Below are positions 25,666 through 39,440 of a stretch of DNA of 64,000 nucleotides, piece by piece. The notes under the pieces are model-generated. The model saw only the letters and a program-made list of their open reading frames with translations. It was not told the DNA's origin and did not search any database. A program made the translations under genes and the position numbers. The stretch's first letter is position 1. Every line of letters begins with the position of its first letter. Source of the stretch: Octopus vulgaris (lineage: Eukaryota); the NCBI GenBank assembly GCA_951406725.2, contig OX597822.1, positions 2,604,001-2,668,000 on the forward strand, given 5' to 3'.

Positions 25666-26514
25666 GTCGACATTTTTATTAAGTAGCATTACAATTTAGT
25701 AAATTAGTTTTTATATTAATTAATATTTTGTTCAACTTTATTATCGTGTGAAATATTAAATCTATAGATACTACATATATATTAATAATATAGTTAGTTT
25801 ATATAAAATGGGTTTGTGTATATTTGAACCATTTCCTATTTTTGATTATATTATTCATGACTAGTAATAGCATTGGGTATATTAATAAGATGCTAAAATC
25901 TATTTTTATACATCTAAAATCCAGATAGATTAATTTAATCGATAAACTTCGTAACGATTGTTTGTTTATCAATATTATTTGGAACTTGTATTATATTGAG
26001 TTTGATTGTTGTTATTATTATTAGTGTTATGGACTGGATTTGTAGTGGACTGTCGGTTGTTGTTGAATGTCTTCATAGTACATTGTTCATTTGTCCTAAT
26101 ATTTTTGCACCTTTCTTTAATTTATGGGGCTTAGATGTTTTTCTTACTTTTCATTAGTAAATGATTTTCGCCATTATATCATTTTTATATATATTGATAG
26201 TTATAAGTTATGATAGTTATTAATTATTATATCTATTTATTTTGAATGATTTATTATTATTTTTATAAACGGATCAAACGTATTACATTTAATTTAATTT
26301 GTGAATTAATTTTGTTACTACTACTACTAATTTTTTTACTATAATCATTTCTTAAATATGGCCACGAAATACGTGTCGTTATTCTACCCAATATATACTT
26401 TTTATACATTTTGCACATTACTTAATCATCGATATACTAATGTTTTTTTATATTTAATACTTCTATTATATGTAATTTCCTAGACGGTGTATTTGAATTG
26501 ATAAAAGGTGTTTT

Positions 26515-26567
<53 letters not shown>

Positions 26568-26580
26568 CGTGTGTGTGTGT

Positions 26581-26880
26581 GGAGGCGCAATGGCCCGGTG
26601 TTTAGGGCAGTGAACTCGCGGTCGGAGGATCGCGGTTTCGATTCCCAGACCTGGCGTTGTGTGTGTTTATTGCACGAAAACACCTAAAGCTCCACTAGGC
26701 TCCGGCAGGGACTTGTGGCGACCCCTGTTGTACTCTTTTGCCTCCACTTTCTCTCTCACTCTTTCTTACTGTTTCTTGAGTAACGCTGCAATGGACTGGC
26801 GTCCCATCCAGCTGGGGGGAACACATACACCATAGAAACCAGGAAAGTGGGCCCATGAGCCTACGCTTGAAAAGGGCGCA
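26581..26880 (+). mobile_element. SINE family C
   Basis: GGAGGCGCAATGGCCCGGTG head and V-domain-like ATGGACTGGCGTCCCATCCAG in the tail. Confidence 0.8.
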
Positions 26881-27775
26881 GAAATATATATATATAAATC
26901 TACACATACGTAGTGCTTACATTTATACATACATGTGTATGTGCGTGAGTATGTGCATGTGTGTATGTGCGTGTGTGTGTGTGTGCATGTGTGTGTGTGT
27001 GTGTGTATGTGTGCATGTGTGTTCAAGTTGAGGATTAAATGGTGAATTATTTATGGAATTTTTAAGCTTCATTGCTACAATGCTCCGGTTGAAGGATGCC
27101 AAGTTTATGCATCATTGTTCTGGGTTTAGGTAAGTATTTTAATCTTTCATTGAAAGTATTCGCTTCTACAATTTCTTTCAGGAATGCTTCAGATTAATTC
27201 GTTTGGTGACACAAGTGGAATCCTTTGTTTAATTTTGTTTTCTGGGTCCTTTGTTAGTGAGACCACACTTATTGGACCTTTGTTTTTTTATAAGTTGTGC
27301 AGTCCACTACTATATTAGATTAATATTTTCTTCAGCTAGATTATTGCTATTTGCAGAAATTTTACGACGGTTTCGCTTGTTGTAATGGTGGTTAAAATCT
27401 TCCCGACCTTAAGCAATTAACACTTCCACACACTAAACAGCTGACACTTCTCAACCGACCATAGATAACACGGTTTACTTAATAGCTATTAATTTATTTA
27501 TAACTCCACAACGAGCAAAATACTATCCAATCAACAACAAAAACTAGGTGCAATTACAACAGCTTCAACGGAGCAATCTGGAAAAATATGTAACATAGAC
27601 GTAATCTACAAGGCAACAATATTGTGGCAAAGGAAAAGACTGAGAAAAGACTTCAGAGAACTAACCAGTAGATTTAAAGCAAGATGCACTACATAGGCAT
27701 TCGTTCCACAAAATTTAGGGGAAAATACGGAAAAAAATGTCTCAAGCGAAATATGATAATGAATCAACGGCAAAA

Positions 27776-28306
27776 GTTTCAACAATTTTTTTGTTTACTA
27801 GTGGTATAAACGAATGGGCGTTAAAATCTTTAAATGACGAAGTAGAAAACATGTTTAAATTATTAAATGTTCACAAAATACAATAATATCAAAAATTTTC
27901 GGTGAAGAATATAAAAAAATGTGGATCACCAAAAGTTCGGTCGTACTTAGTTAAGAGAGAGAAAAATAAGAAAGGGAGTAATGAGAAGGGTTTTCATTAC
28001 AGTTGCTGTCACCTTGCTTGTCATTCTGTTATCCGTCGCGTACAAGCAAATAGAATCACACACAAGATGACAGAAACTGTAACAGAGCCCTTTTCCTTTA
28101 CTCTCTCCTTTTCTTATTTTTCTCTCTCTTAACTCAATATGACCGAACTTTTGGTGATCCACATTTTTTAATATTCTTCGCCGACCATTTTTGATATTGT
28201 ATTTTATAAACATTTAATCCTTTAAACATGTTTTCTAATTTGCAATTTAAGCTTTTTTTTAATCCTATACGTTTATACCATTCATACACAAAAAAAATGT
28301 TGAAAC
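27776..28306. repeat. degenerate ~530-bp palindrome (foldback/MITE-like)
   Basis: For example, AAAATGTGGATCACCAAAAGTTCGGTC (27917) is inverted at ~28141-28167. The arms pair imperfectly almost to the centre at ~28042. Confidence 0.85.
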
Positions 28307-28451
28307 TAGTTTGGTAAGTTTGTAAATAAATTTATTTAAAAACAATTAAAAGTTTTTCAGATTTAGGTGCATTTTCAAAAACAAATTCTCCTATATTCTA
28401 TATTTTTTCCTGCCTGGAAACACCCCTTCTTTTCTTATTTATAAAGATCGT

Positions 28452-28640
28452 TGGAATTTTCAAAAATAAAAAAAAAGACGAAGACGCGTGTGTAAACAAC
28501 AAACAGATGTATTAGATTAACGCTCGGAAAGTGAGAAAGTCTTTTAGGTTTCGCGCCTACGCTCTTCAACAGAAAGGAGCACAGAAAAAAGCAGAGAAAG
28601 AAAGAAAAAAAAAATTTAGTAGCTAGCGATCAATCCATGA
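28452..28640 (-). mobile_element. Penelope-like pLTR fragment, same family as 19715-19912
   Basis: Collinear similarity. The - strand reads CTTT CTGTTGA A GAGCGTAGGCGC GAAA CCTA AAAGA. Confidence 0.55.
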
Positions 28641-29791
28641 CATACATATAAGCCCCATGTATGCATACAAAAGCACACAAAAAATAAATACTTCACCCCA
28701 CCACACACATACAAACACACACGAGTATATATATTTGCTTCAATGGTATCTCGTATCATTTACCGTTTACTTCTTTCAATCATTAGGCTGCGATCATGCT
28801 GAGGATCCAATTTAAAGGGTTTAGTAAAAAACATTAAACCCAGTACTTTGTTTTGTTTTGTTAAAGCCTCGTTACTTATTCTATCGTTCTATTTTTGTCG
28901 AACCGCTAAGTTACGGTGTCTTAAATGCCATAAACAAACACATGAATGTGTAAAAAAAATGCTAGTTTGAATGTGTAAATAAAACGGAAGCCACATAAGA
29001 CCACAAAATAAAAAAAAAGCAAAAGTGATTTTCTATAAAACGTAATTTTATCGACGTTTTAGGTAGTAAAATATTTATTTTTGGTCTAAAAATCATTCTG
29101 AAATAACAGCAAAAATAAACAACATCAAAATATTTACGATCTCAGCAACGTCTAACATCGCGTCCATTATATGTGGGCTGGAAATTTATACGTTTGTAGC
29201 GGTTATTATATAAACATAATTGTATAATAATAGCTGTTAACAGTTGTAAGATTGCTGCTTTGTTAAGCTATCGTTGCAAATAGCTGTTTAGTGTAGTTAG
29301 ATTAATTTTAATACATATATTTTCATATATACACATTATACGCCATAGAAATGTTAGAAGTCGTATTCTGGCATTTGTTAGGATTATATTAATATATATG
29401 TCGGCCATATTCTTCAGCTGCTCTTAAGTGTGTAATTATCTTGCGACTATCTGTAATAAAAAAAAACTAACAAAGTGGATAATAACTAAAACCAACCCTA
29501 AGGAATTCTTAGATAAGTGTCCTTCAATCGTGTAGGTCCAACAACACAAAGGATTTTGATTTTTTCTTTCTTTTTTTTACATTAAATTACGGTTGCCGTG
29601 CAATGGCTAATATCGATGTTAAAATTATATCATTCGCAGACGTATTTAAAATACATAAACAAAAGGGTACCATAGATGTCCGCCATGAGAATGGTTTTAA
29701 TGTTTAAAATAGCAATACATCAGCTTATAAATGGATAGACATGTATACATAAATACTTACACATATACATATTTACATACAAACCTATATA

Positions 29792-29848
<57 letters not shown>

Positions 29849-30639
29849 GTGTGTGTGTTTCTGTGTGTGTGTAGAAGGTTGTAAAGGAAAACACGAGTTG
29901 ATATTTACAAGGAAAATAAGACCAAGTAGAAAATGCCAAAAGAATTTTACCTTGAAGAACATTTTAGTACCGGTTTCAGACTTTGCGACTTTTTCAACTT
30001 AGAGTAAAGCATGAAAACATTTAAATTGTGGAAAAATTAAATGAAATGTTTTTAGAATATTTCCAAAGTTTTTAAATACAAGGGACATTTTTCTTTTTTT
30101 CTGTCTCTCTTTTTACTCTTGTGAAGACTTGGAGCAGGCAGTATGTAGTAGCAGTCCTACAAGAATATTTGATATGAGTTCTTGGTTTTGATTGTTTAAG
30201 CAACAGTAGTAGCCGAGGAAGGAAGAAGAAGAAGAAGAAGAAGAAGAAGAAGAAGAAGAAGAAGAAGAAGAAGAAGAAGAGAGTAGGAAGGGAAGAAAAA
30301 CAATCATAAAAATACGGAAGTGGTATGACATATCGTATATTTATATTTATATGTAAGCAAAATATGAACCACTGCATGAACCTACCCTTCCTAAAAACTC
30401 ATACTAAAAATGATTTTACATCGATCCACCACTAGATATGATAACATAAATATTGGAAAGCAACGCGTGGAATATGTATGTGTCTATGTATGTATATATA
30501 TATATATATACACACATATATTTTCTTTCATATACCTTTTCCTTTCTACAAAGTTGTACACTTCTCAAACTCTATTGCATAGAAGTGGTGCTGTTCTTTG
30601 CTATATTCTATTGTAAATTGAATGTTAGGGTTTATATTA

Positions 30640-31355
30640 TTTAGTATTCATTTAAATTCCAAAAGTGTCTCGATGGTCTCATTCCAAATGATAAAGCAGT
30701 CATCCAGATATCTTTTCCTGTTTTCTCTTTAATAATAGTGAAATGAATGTCCATATTTTTGCAGTGACACTTCATGAGGTGAATTAAAAATATCTCCTTA
30801 TTAGTTTCACAAGAACCGGGGCTGCTTTCGTTCCCATCGCAATCCGGCATTTTCGACGAAAGAAGGTGTCGCCAAATAGGAAATAATTTTAGTGTTTGGG
30901 TTTTGGGACCAAATATGGCTAATGGCGCTTTTAATTAAATGTGCGGACATTGGTATATTTTCATTATGGCTTTGGTATTTTGGTGAGGATTCTTTTTCAA
31001 AATAATTTGTGAAAATTAAATGCAATGTTGTGCAGAGTTCGTTCAAATTTTGTCTAACCTTCTGTGTAGATTGTCTTCTCTACTCATTTTCAGTTGCCTC
31101 TTGGGTGCAGCAATTTAATTCAACGATTTCGTTAGTTAATATAACTAGATTTGAGTTAATTCTTTTTAATTCCTTCAATATGTCCTCGCTGGTAATTTTA
31201 TCTGGTGTGTTTGTGGTAGGTTTCGGCGGCATGTTCCGTTCCACGTGTGGTAAATAGTAGTAAGAAAAGGTAGGAAGAGAATTTCGATTATACTTTTTTT
31301 CTTTTCTCAGAGTAACAGGTTTTGTTGAATTTTCTGCTGCTTTAAATAAAGTATA
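30640..31355 (-). pseudogene. Penelope-like element 5' ORF remnant preceded by an inverted pLTR piece
   Basis: MPPKPTTNTPDKITSEDILKELKRINSNL... continues through stops to HIWSQNPN...WERKQPRFL. The adjacent 31305-31355 matches the 2012-2060 pLTR-like sequence. Confidence 0.45.
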
Positions 31356-32196
31356 TATATATATATCCTGAATTACCCTCTGTCCGGCATTCGCCATGAT
31401 AGATCGCTAGTCACTAAACCTTTTTCTATTTTCTTTTCTTGTTTATTTCTGTGAAGAGCGAAAGCGAAACCGGTTGATAATTTAAAAATTATATTAAAAC
31501 TATGTAAAGTGTGTGTATTTTCCTTTTTTAATTTCTTATATATATATATATATATATATATATGGGGGGGGGGTACGTATGTATGCATATAAGTATATCG
31601 TGTAATTGTTATAGTGAGCATTAAATGTATATAATATTTGAGCTAACGATGACCTCATTGCTTGTCATAGACTTGCACTCGAAGCAGGTGGGCGAGAGGA
31701 CAATAGAAGTTGCTCAGCTGTAACTTGTCACTTAATTATTCCACACAGATATGTATGAGCCATTGATTGCCTGTTTGTGTATGCGCATGTGTGCTTGCAT
31801 ATATGAGCGAGTGTGTGTATGTGTGTGCTTTTGTGCTTGTTTGTGAGTGTTTGTGTATGTATGTGTGTGTACTGTTATGTAAATATATTCTGTATCTGTA
31901 TGCGTATGTCTTAGCATAGATGATGTTCCTACTTATATGCGTTTGCCTCTTTTTAGACCGTGTTAAAATATCTGTGTAAGTATGCGCGTATGCGTGTGTG
32001 CGCGTGTGTTTGTAAGTTGTAAATAGTTTTGTGTATGTATGTTTGTGTGTGTGTGTGTGTGTCTCTGTGTGTGTCTGTGTGTATACTCATACTTCAATGT
32101 AGTTCGTTCAGTTTTTGCGGCTTAGTTGTCGTACCGTATTATGTGTTCTATATCAACGATGTTTACTGGGTGTAACCAATGGAAATTCTTGCATTC

Positions 32197-32402
32197 TTTT
32201 TACTTGTTTCAGTCATTTGACTGTGGCCATGCTGGGGCACCGCCTTTAGTCGAACAAATCGACCCCAGGACTTATTCTTTGTAAGCCTAGTACTTATTCT
32301 ATCGGTCTCTTTTGCCGAACCGCTAACATAAGGGGACGTAAACACACCTGCATCGGTTGTTGGGGGTACAAACACAGACACACAAACAGAAACACAGACA
32401 CA

Positions 32403-32480
<78 letters not shown>

Positions 32481-32643
32481 CGACGGGCTTCTTTCAGTTT
32501 CCATCTACCAAATCTACTCACAGGGCTTTGGTCGGCCCGAGGCTATAGTAGAAAACACTTGCCCAAGGTGCCACGCAGTGGGACTGAACCAGGGACCATG
32601 TGGTTCATAAGCAAGCTACTTACCACACTGCTACTCCTACGCC
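32197..32643 (-). mobile_element. SINE family A
   Basis: Full-length match. Confidence 0.85.
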
Positions 32644-32692
32644 TATTATTAGTATTATTATTATCATTAATAATAGTAATAATAATAATAAT

Positions 32693-32736
<44 letters not shown>

Positions 32737-32756
32737 TGATAATAATAATAATAATG

Positions 32757-32814
<58 letters not shown>

Positions 32815-32819
<5 letters not shown>

Positions 32820-33341
32820 GATGGGCTACAGCAAATATTCTGCTCAATACCACAGATTTGCTTGTCAGTTGTTTGTAAAAGATGGGCTACAGCAAATATT
32901 CTGCTCAATACCACAGATTTGCTTGTCAGTTGTTTGACCTTAACCAGTTGAGCATGTCCCTTAGTGGCTGACGATATGTGCATCTCTGATCACGAGCAGA
33001 AGTAGTGGGGGAGCATCATAGCCATGTGTTGAGAGGGATTATTTGGGGTTTGAATAGTTCACCTCTGGAAACATGGGTGGTTCTTTCAACATCCTTAAAC
33101 AACCCTTATTCAGGGACCGTTTGAGCGGGATGGGCTACTCAACCTGAAGAAAATTCTAACTGGGCCCCACCTGCAAAGTCATGTGCTGTTTATCTTGATA
33201 TGAGATCACCATGTCGCGCACATATGGTTGTGATGCATGTGCCTGGTGTACCTTTATCAGACGGGTAGTCATGATGGGTATATTGGGCTTCATATATTTT
33301 ACCCCAGTGTCACTTTGATGGCATGAACTGCTCTCTCACTC
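32815..33341 (+). mobile_element. family D, 5'-truncated with 61-bp 5' tandem duplication
   Basis: ATGGGCTACAGCAAATATTC occurs at 32821 and 32882. Flanked by (TAA)n. Confidence 0.8.
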
Positions 33342-33390
33342 AATAATAATAATAATAATAATAATGATAATAATAATAATAATGATAATA

Positions 33391-33449
<59 letters not shown>

Positions 33450-33451
<2 letters not shown>

Positions 33452-33700
33452 ATTCAAATCCCGGTACTGGATGTTAATAGTTATCGCCAAGCTAACATGG
33501 CAGTCCAGAAAAATAGGACGAATGCTGCCATTGATTAGCTCCAAGAGGCCATCGCCTCTAGCTAGCTATGTGACACACGAACCTGTATCCATTATAACCT
33601 TCGAACAGGGGAGGTCAGCCGCTTCCCCTTGCTGGTCTAGCATCTACAGACTAGTTTCAGGGCATTTGCCCCTTATCAATCTACATTGATAAGGGGCAAA
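33450..33700 (-). mobile_element. partial copy of the hammerhead-bearing 362-bp repeat, ending in a hairpin
   Basis: The reverse complement aligns with 49970-50180. The - strand reads TTGATAA GGGGC AAAT GCCCT GAAA CTAG TC TGTAG, with a terminal hairpin at 33665-33700. Confidence 0.75.
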
Positions 33701-34595
33701 CACGTTAATTTCAGATTAGCTGGAACCCTTGTCGTAACCAGTAGAGCATCAGTTATATTATACTTTCATAAATCGACGCATTATGCAGATAAGCAGGCAT
33801 ATTTCGTTGTTTGAACAGGTTGTTCCGTTGATCGGATCAACTAGAACATTCGACGTCGTAACCGACGTAGTGCAAATTGCATAAACCTAAAGCCATCTCC
33901 TTAGTCAATACTTTGGATTTCTCCACCTCATTCTTCATTTTGTTTAATAGTTCTATCATTTCCTGTCCTGTTTTGCAAATAACTGTTAATTTCATTTACA
34001 ATGCGGTTGGGAAAGAATTGGTTCTGGTCACGTTTTTTATTTGCTTTATATTAAGGGTGGATTCATGTGTGAGAATGCCATTATATATTATTTTTAGTTT
34101 GTTTTTCAAGTTACCCATTTTTTTCCAGCAGTCAATCATGGCTGATATCTTTTGTACATTACACAATCTCTCAGATCTTTCCTCAACCTTACTCATTATT
34201 ACTAAACTATAAATGACTCACAGAGGTTATTGAGTCACTTTTTTCCCCCTGGTTTTACGATGCCATAAAAACACACGCAGACATACCGCAACCACATGGA
34301 TCAACCCACAGACACAGACACACAACTATATATGCACACATACAATCACTTGTATATATATACATACATACGCATGCGCGCAAGAAGAATAATTATGCAT
34401 ACATAAGCATGCATATCGATACATTTGGTATGTACACAAACATGTGTAGATAAAATTACAACATTGTTATTGAACCATGCATATAGTCAGTCATGAGCAT
34501 ACCATACATAATATACACCCATATAGAAGACGCCATACATACAAATACATATATAAACAAGTATGTATGTGTGTATGTATGTATGTATGTATGTA

Positions 34596-34961
<366 letters not shown>

Positions 34962-34974
34962 GCTAGTATGCATG

Positions 34975-35935
34975 TATTTATGTCATTATTCGGTTTATTT
35001 CAAGATTTTTTGCCAATGGAGATAGAATCGGTTTCTAACCTAGATCCAAGGTTCTTTCATTGGAATTTCAACATCAACAACAGGGTATTTTTGTTTGTAT
35101 GCATGTATGTACGTACGTATGTATGAATATATGCATGTACGCATGTATGTATGTTTGTATGTATATGCAGATTTGTATCTTTTTATACGTGTATTCTCAT
35201 GCATATAGTTACATATCTAGACATGATCATATATGTTTAAATGATAAACTTCTGGAAAGTTTTGCAGATTTGTACAGTTCCAGTGATGGATTGGATCTGT
35301 AGCCTTCGAATTAGCTTTCTACTTTCTGGGTTTGAGAAGCCTAATTTCTCAAGATTGGTATTTAGGTAGTGTGTTACATATCCCAGGGCCCCAATAATTA
35401 CAGGTTTAAACCTAAACTTGTAATCTGGATAGAGTAACTATAGATTTCTCAATAGTTCAGCATAGGTGTTCTCTTTTACATTGATCTTCAGCTTTATGCT
35501 AACATCCGCTGGGTAGATAATTTCTACTACTCTGCACAATTTCTCTTCTCTATCCACAATCATTATATCACCAATATTCCTTTACATTATGAATTTCTAT
35601 GGCTTCTACCGTTATTATGGGCTTTTACTTCTTTGTCCTCGGGATTATCCTTCCGACGGATGTCTTTATAGAGTGTCCTAGGTACAACGTAATGTCTCAT
35701 CGGTAGATAATACCGTGATTACATTTTCGGACATCTGTTTATGATATAGGTGATATTTTCAGTGTGAACTCCACAAAGTCTACATCGGTTGTCACATGTT
35801 ACGGCTTTTCCCTAATCTCTATCTCTTTTGTGCATCAGGTATTTGGTTGATATTTCCTGTTCCTGGATTGCAAACGCGAACCCTTAAAAGTGGGAGGTAA
35901 TAATCCGGCTATTCGTCTATGATAAATTGCTTTGA
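34975..35935 (-). pseudogene. R4/Dong-like RLE non-LTR retrotransposon 3' fragment
   Basis: GFAFAIQEQEISTKY...CRLCGVHTENITYIINRC...MRHYVV (zinc knuckle and RHD-like), then DIMIVDREEKLCRVVEI..P...KENTY..L...PVIIGALG (restriction-like endonuclease). Stop at ~35237, followed by a 3' UTR. Confidence 0.85.
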
Positions 35936-36834
35936 TGTTCGATGTTACTATCGTCAATCGATCGCACATTGTTATTGAAACAAACGCCGCACCGAAAAAA
36001 GGTTAATAAACTGAATTCTTTCTTCTGTCTCATATTGAACTAGTGACACCATTTTTCATCGTCGGTCACGATGTGCTAAAGAAATCTCTGTTTGTGTCCA
36101 CGAGCTTGGCGTCGAGCCAGCAAACTGGCGGCGAAAGAGGAACGATGGATATTGTCAATATCATTCAGATCGTTTGGTACTCATGCACCATATTTTTGGC
36201 CCTTACCCATCGAATGAAGATGGTGGCGATGGTATGATGAAGGTATCACATCCGGTAGGTCAATTCCCTAGTGGACTGGCGTGGACCCTTGGGTATGAGC
36301 TCGTTCAATCGATTCTCATTGGAATGAAAAGGCCGACTCGAACGCGGAGTCTGTTAGTTGAATATCCCTTCCTTGAAGTGTGAAAACCATTTCTGTCCAG
36401 TTATTTCAGTAATAGAACCTTTTCCGTAGACAGCACTGGTTTCTCCAGCGGCTTTGACATCTCTTGAACTATGATTAGAAGTAAAGGTGTTGAAAATGGT
36501 CGTTTTTTTCTTCTTTTTGTTTTTATTTTTGCGCTTGACACTTCATTGCTATGTCTGAGAAAAGTTAAGATTTTTAAAAATCTAAAAAAAAAAAAGACAA
36601 AAATAGAAAAATTATAAACAAAATTTGTAGTGAAAACATAGAGCTCCCGAAAGTATAGGATACTAGAATAAAAATAATTTTCGTGTTAATTCAAATAACA
36701 TTGGGGGAAAAAAAAAAACAAACGAATTTATCTGACAACATAGGATATATACACCCTCACATACTCACACACTCTGGCAGAATAAAAAAAATAGAAAAAG
36801 ATAGAAGCAAAGGATAAAGAAATAATCTGCACTA

Positions 36835-36899
<65 letters not shown>

Positions 36900-36958
36900 A
36901 ACGGATAGAAAGCAGCCAATTGAGACAGAGGAGAAATGAAGAGTATAAGGGCTAAGAG

Positions 36959-37460
36959 TAAAACATGTTGTTGTTGTAGTAGTAGTAGTAGTAGTAGTAG
37001 TAGGAGGAGGAGGAGGAGGAGGAGGAGGAGGAGGAGGAGGAGGAGGAAGAGGAGGAGGAGGAGGGGAGGAAGAGGAGGAGGAGGAGGGGAGGAAGGAGGA
37101 AGGGGAGGGGAGGGGAGGAAGGGGAGGGGTGAGTGGAATAAAGGACGCAGTGTAAAACATGTTGTAGTAGTAGTAGGAGGAGGAGGAAGAGGAAGAGGTG
37201 GAAGAGGAAGAGGAGGAGGGAGTGGAATAAAGGAGGCAGTGTAAAACATGTAGTAGTAGTAGGAGGAGGAGGAGGAGGAAGAAGAAGAGGAGGAAGAAGA
37301 GGAGGGAGTGGAATAAAAACGCAGTGTAAAACATGTAGTAGTAGTAGGAGGAGGAGGAGGAGGAGGAAGAGGGGAGGAAGAGGACGGAGGAGGGGGAGGA
37401 GGGAAGATGAAGTAGAGGAGGGAGAAGAGGAGGAGGGAGTGGAATAAAGGACGCAGTGAG
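36959..37460. repeat. purine-rich minisatellite
   Basis: Conserved GAGTGGAATAAAGGACGCAGTGTAAAACATGTAGTAGTAGT block repeated about 4 times with variable (GGA)n spacers. Confidence 0.9.
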
Positions 37461-38659
37461 GTTGGAATAGGAACTGAAGATAATGAAAGGATAATTTGTG
37501 TAAGTAGCTATTTAATGGGAGATTAATGTGTCCAAAACTATAAAAAACAATGTTTGTTGTACAATAGATTCAGATAACGATATAATAAGTGATAACGTTG
37601 GGGTATCATCTCATCGATATGTATGTGACGAATTATTTGGCACTAAATTGTTTACAAAGTATATATACATACATATATACATGCATACAAACATACATGC
37701 ATATACACACACATGCATACATACACGCACACTTACACACATACACATATATCTATCTATCTATATATATATATATGTTTCGTATTGTACAAAAGTATGG
37801 ATGAACTCTTCAGATTAACCCAAAATTATTTTATTACAACTAAGCATTAAAAAAAGCATTGATATATACATATAATATATACACGTATGTATACATTCAG
37901 ATATATATATATATATATACATTCGTACCTACACACACACAGACACACATATATATATATACATATATAATGAGCTTCAGATTATTTGAACAATATTTGT
38001 GACATATTTTAACTTCTAAAGCTAAATCCACTACGGTTACCAAAGATATAAAGATTCTGTTTTAAGGTAAAAGGTGTAAAAACACCATACCTGCCCGATG
38101 CTTACCCCTAGCGGATAACCAGACGGGTTGGGACTCTTTAGCCTTCTTCTATAGGAAATACTTAAAAGTGATATCCTTGAGCAGATTCAAAGCTTTATCT
38201 GAAATAGTTAAACCCAGTGACTGAATACCACTCGTGGTCGGAATAAAAATAGAAGCATCAGCGCCAATCAATAATAAGGAATAAAAGTGCTTTAGGTCAG
38301 TTAAAATGTGTTTATGACATATTTTAAGTAACCTTAAGGCCAATTTGGTGCAATTACCGTGAGGAAAGAATTCTGTGTTATGCTGAGATGTGTAAAAATG
38401 CCATACGTGTAGTGAATTTACCTTTAGATGTCAAAATAAATCAGAAGCAGTTCGTTTATTCATCATCACTGCATGACGCTAATGCTGCTATATATATATA
38501 TATATATATATTATTTATTAGGGAAAAAAATTCCCGCATCACAGGGGTTTCAAATAAAATGAATTATTCCCAATGAGGAAATATATGTTATTTAGAGATA
38601 GCAGTCCCCATCATCACACCATATAAAAGAATTTTGTTTTAATACTTACTACCCATTTC

Positions 38660-38770
38660 TAAATCTCTGCTACACGTGTTTCTTGAGGTTCTTTTACGGT
38701 TCCTTAAGCACGCAGTGTTTTACAGGAACATTTCTTAAAACGCAATCCCAATCGTCAGGTCCCCTAAACA
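38660..38770 (-). ncRNA. degenerate type I hammerhead motif with long stem II insert
   Basis: The - strand reads CTGACGA TTGGGATT...AACCTCAA GAAA CACGTG TA. Stem I pairs poorly. Confidence 0.45.
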
Positions 38771-38919
38771 TCTTAATTATAGTTCGATCCCAAATACTAT
38801 ATTTTAATTTTAACAGATGAGTATGTGTATGTGGAAATAAATTCGCCGAACCTTACTGTGCAAGCCATAATAAAAACAAGAAAATTTTAAAAATTGAAAA
38901 TTTACAAATTTATATATAT

Positions 38920-39130
38920 AGTAAATACAAAAAACGAAGAACAAACACAAGAAGAAACAACAACGCGGGGACGTGGTACATGCAAAGTGCTAGCAAACGC
39001 TCAGGGAAGGAAAGAATGGTGCTTTTACGTTTCGAGCAGAGCTCTTTGTCAGAAACAGGAGACAGAGGAAAGTCCAAGGGATAAAGAAGACGGAGGGGAA
39101 AAAATCGCCAACGATCCACATGTGGTTGCA
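38920..39130 (-). mobile_element. Penelope-like pLTR fragment with minimal hammerhead-like motif
   Basis: The - strand at 39021-39056 reads GTTT CTGACAA A GAGC TCT GCTC GAAA CGTA AAAGC. Confidence 0.5.
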
Positions 39131-39257
39131 TGAACGTATGTATGTTTGTATGTATATATGTGTGTATGTTTGTATGTATGTATGTATGTTTGTATGTATG
39201 TATGCATGTATGTATGTTTGTGTGTGTGTGAGTGTGTGCATAGCAGCATGGTCGATA

Positions 39258-39440
39258 CGAGGGGACACTGAAACGCTCTTGTCTTTAAGTTTGTCGGGAA
39301 AGGCCTAGGTGGAGGCTTAAAAAACGGAAGGACTGGTGCAATAAGTGTATGAACGTGAAAGGGGAACATGCTGGATAAAATCATAATTAACTGATCCTCC
39401 TGTATTTTCTTTTATCCAAAGCTAGGAAATTTTAACACCA
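39258..39440 (+). mobile_element. mariner-derived MITE, degenerate
   Basis: Collinear with 57536-57737 (shared ATCATAATTAACTGATCC..CTGTATTTTCTTT..CAAAGCTAGGAA). Confidence 0.65.

Noticed and set aside
25680-26480. Very AT-rich stretch considered as a mitochondrial insertion
   Set aside because: No mitochondrial protein, rRNA or tRNA motif recognised.
36040-36560. Possible decayed LINE ORF1 (similar weak hints at 13560-14190 and 33880-34200)
   Set aside because: No diagnostic motif could be read with confidence.
36959-37460. CRISPR-like repeat-spacer pattern
   Set aside because: The spacers are low-complexity GGA tracts of unequal length, the context is eukaryotic, and there are no cas genes.
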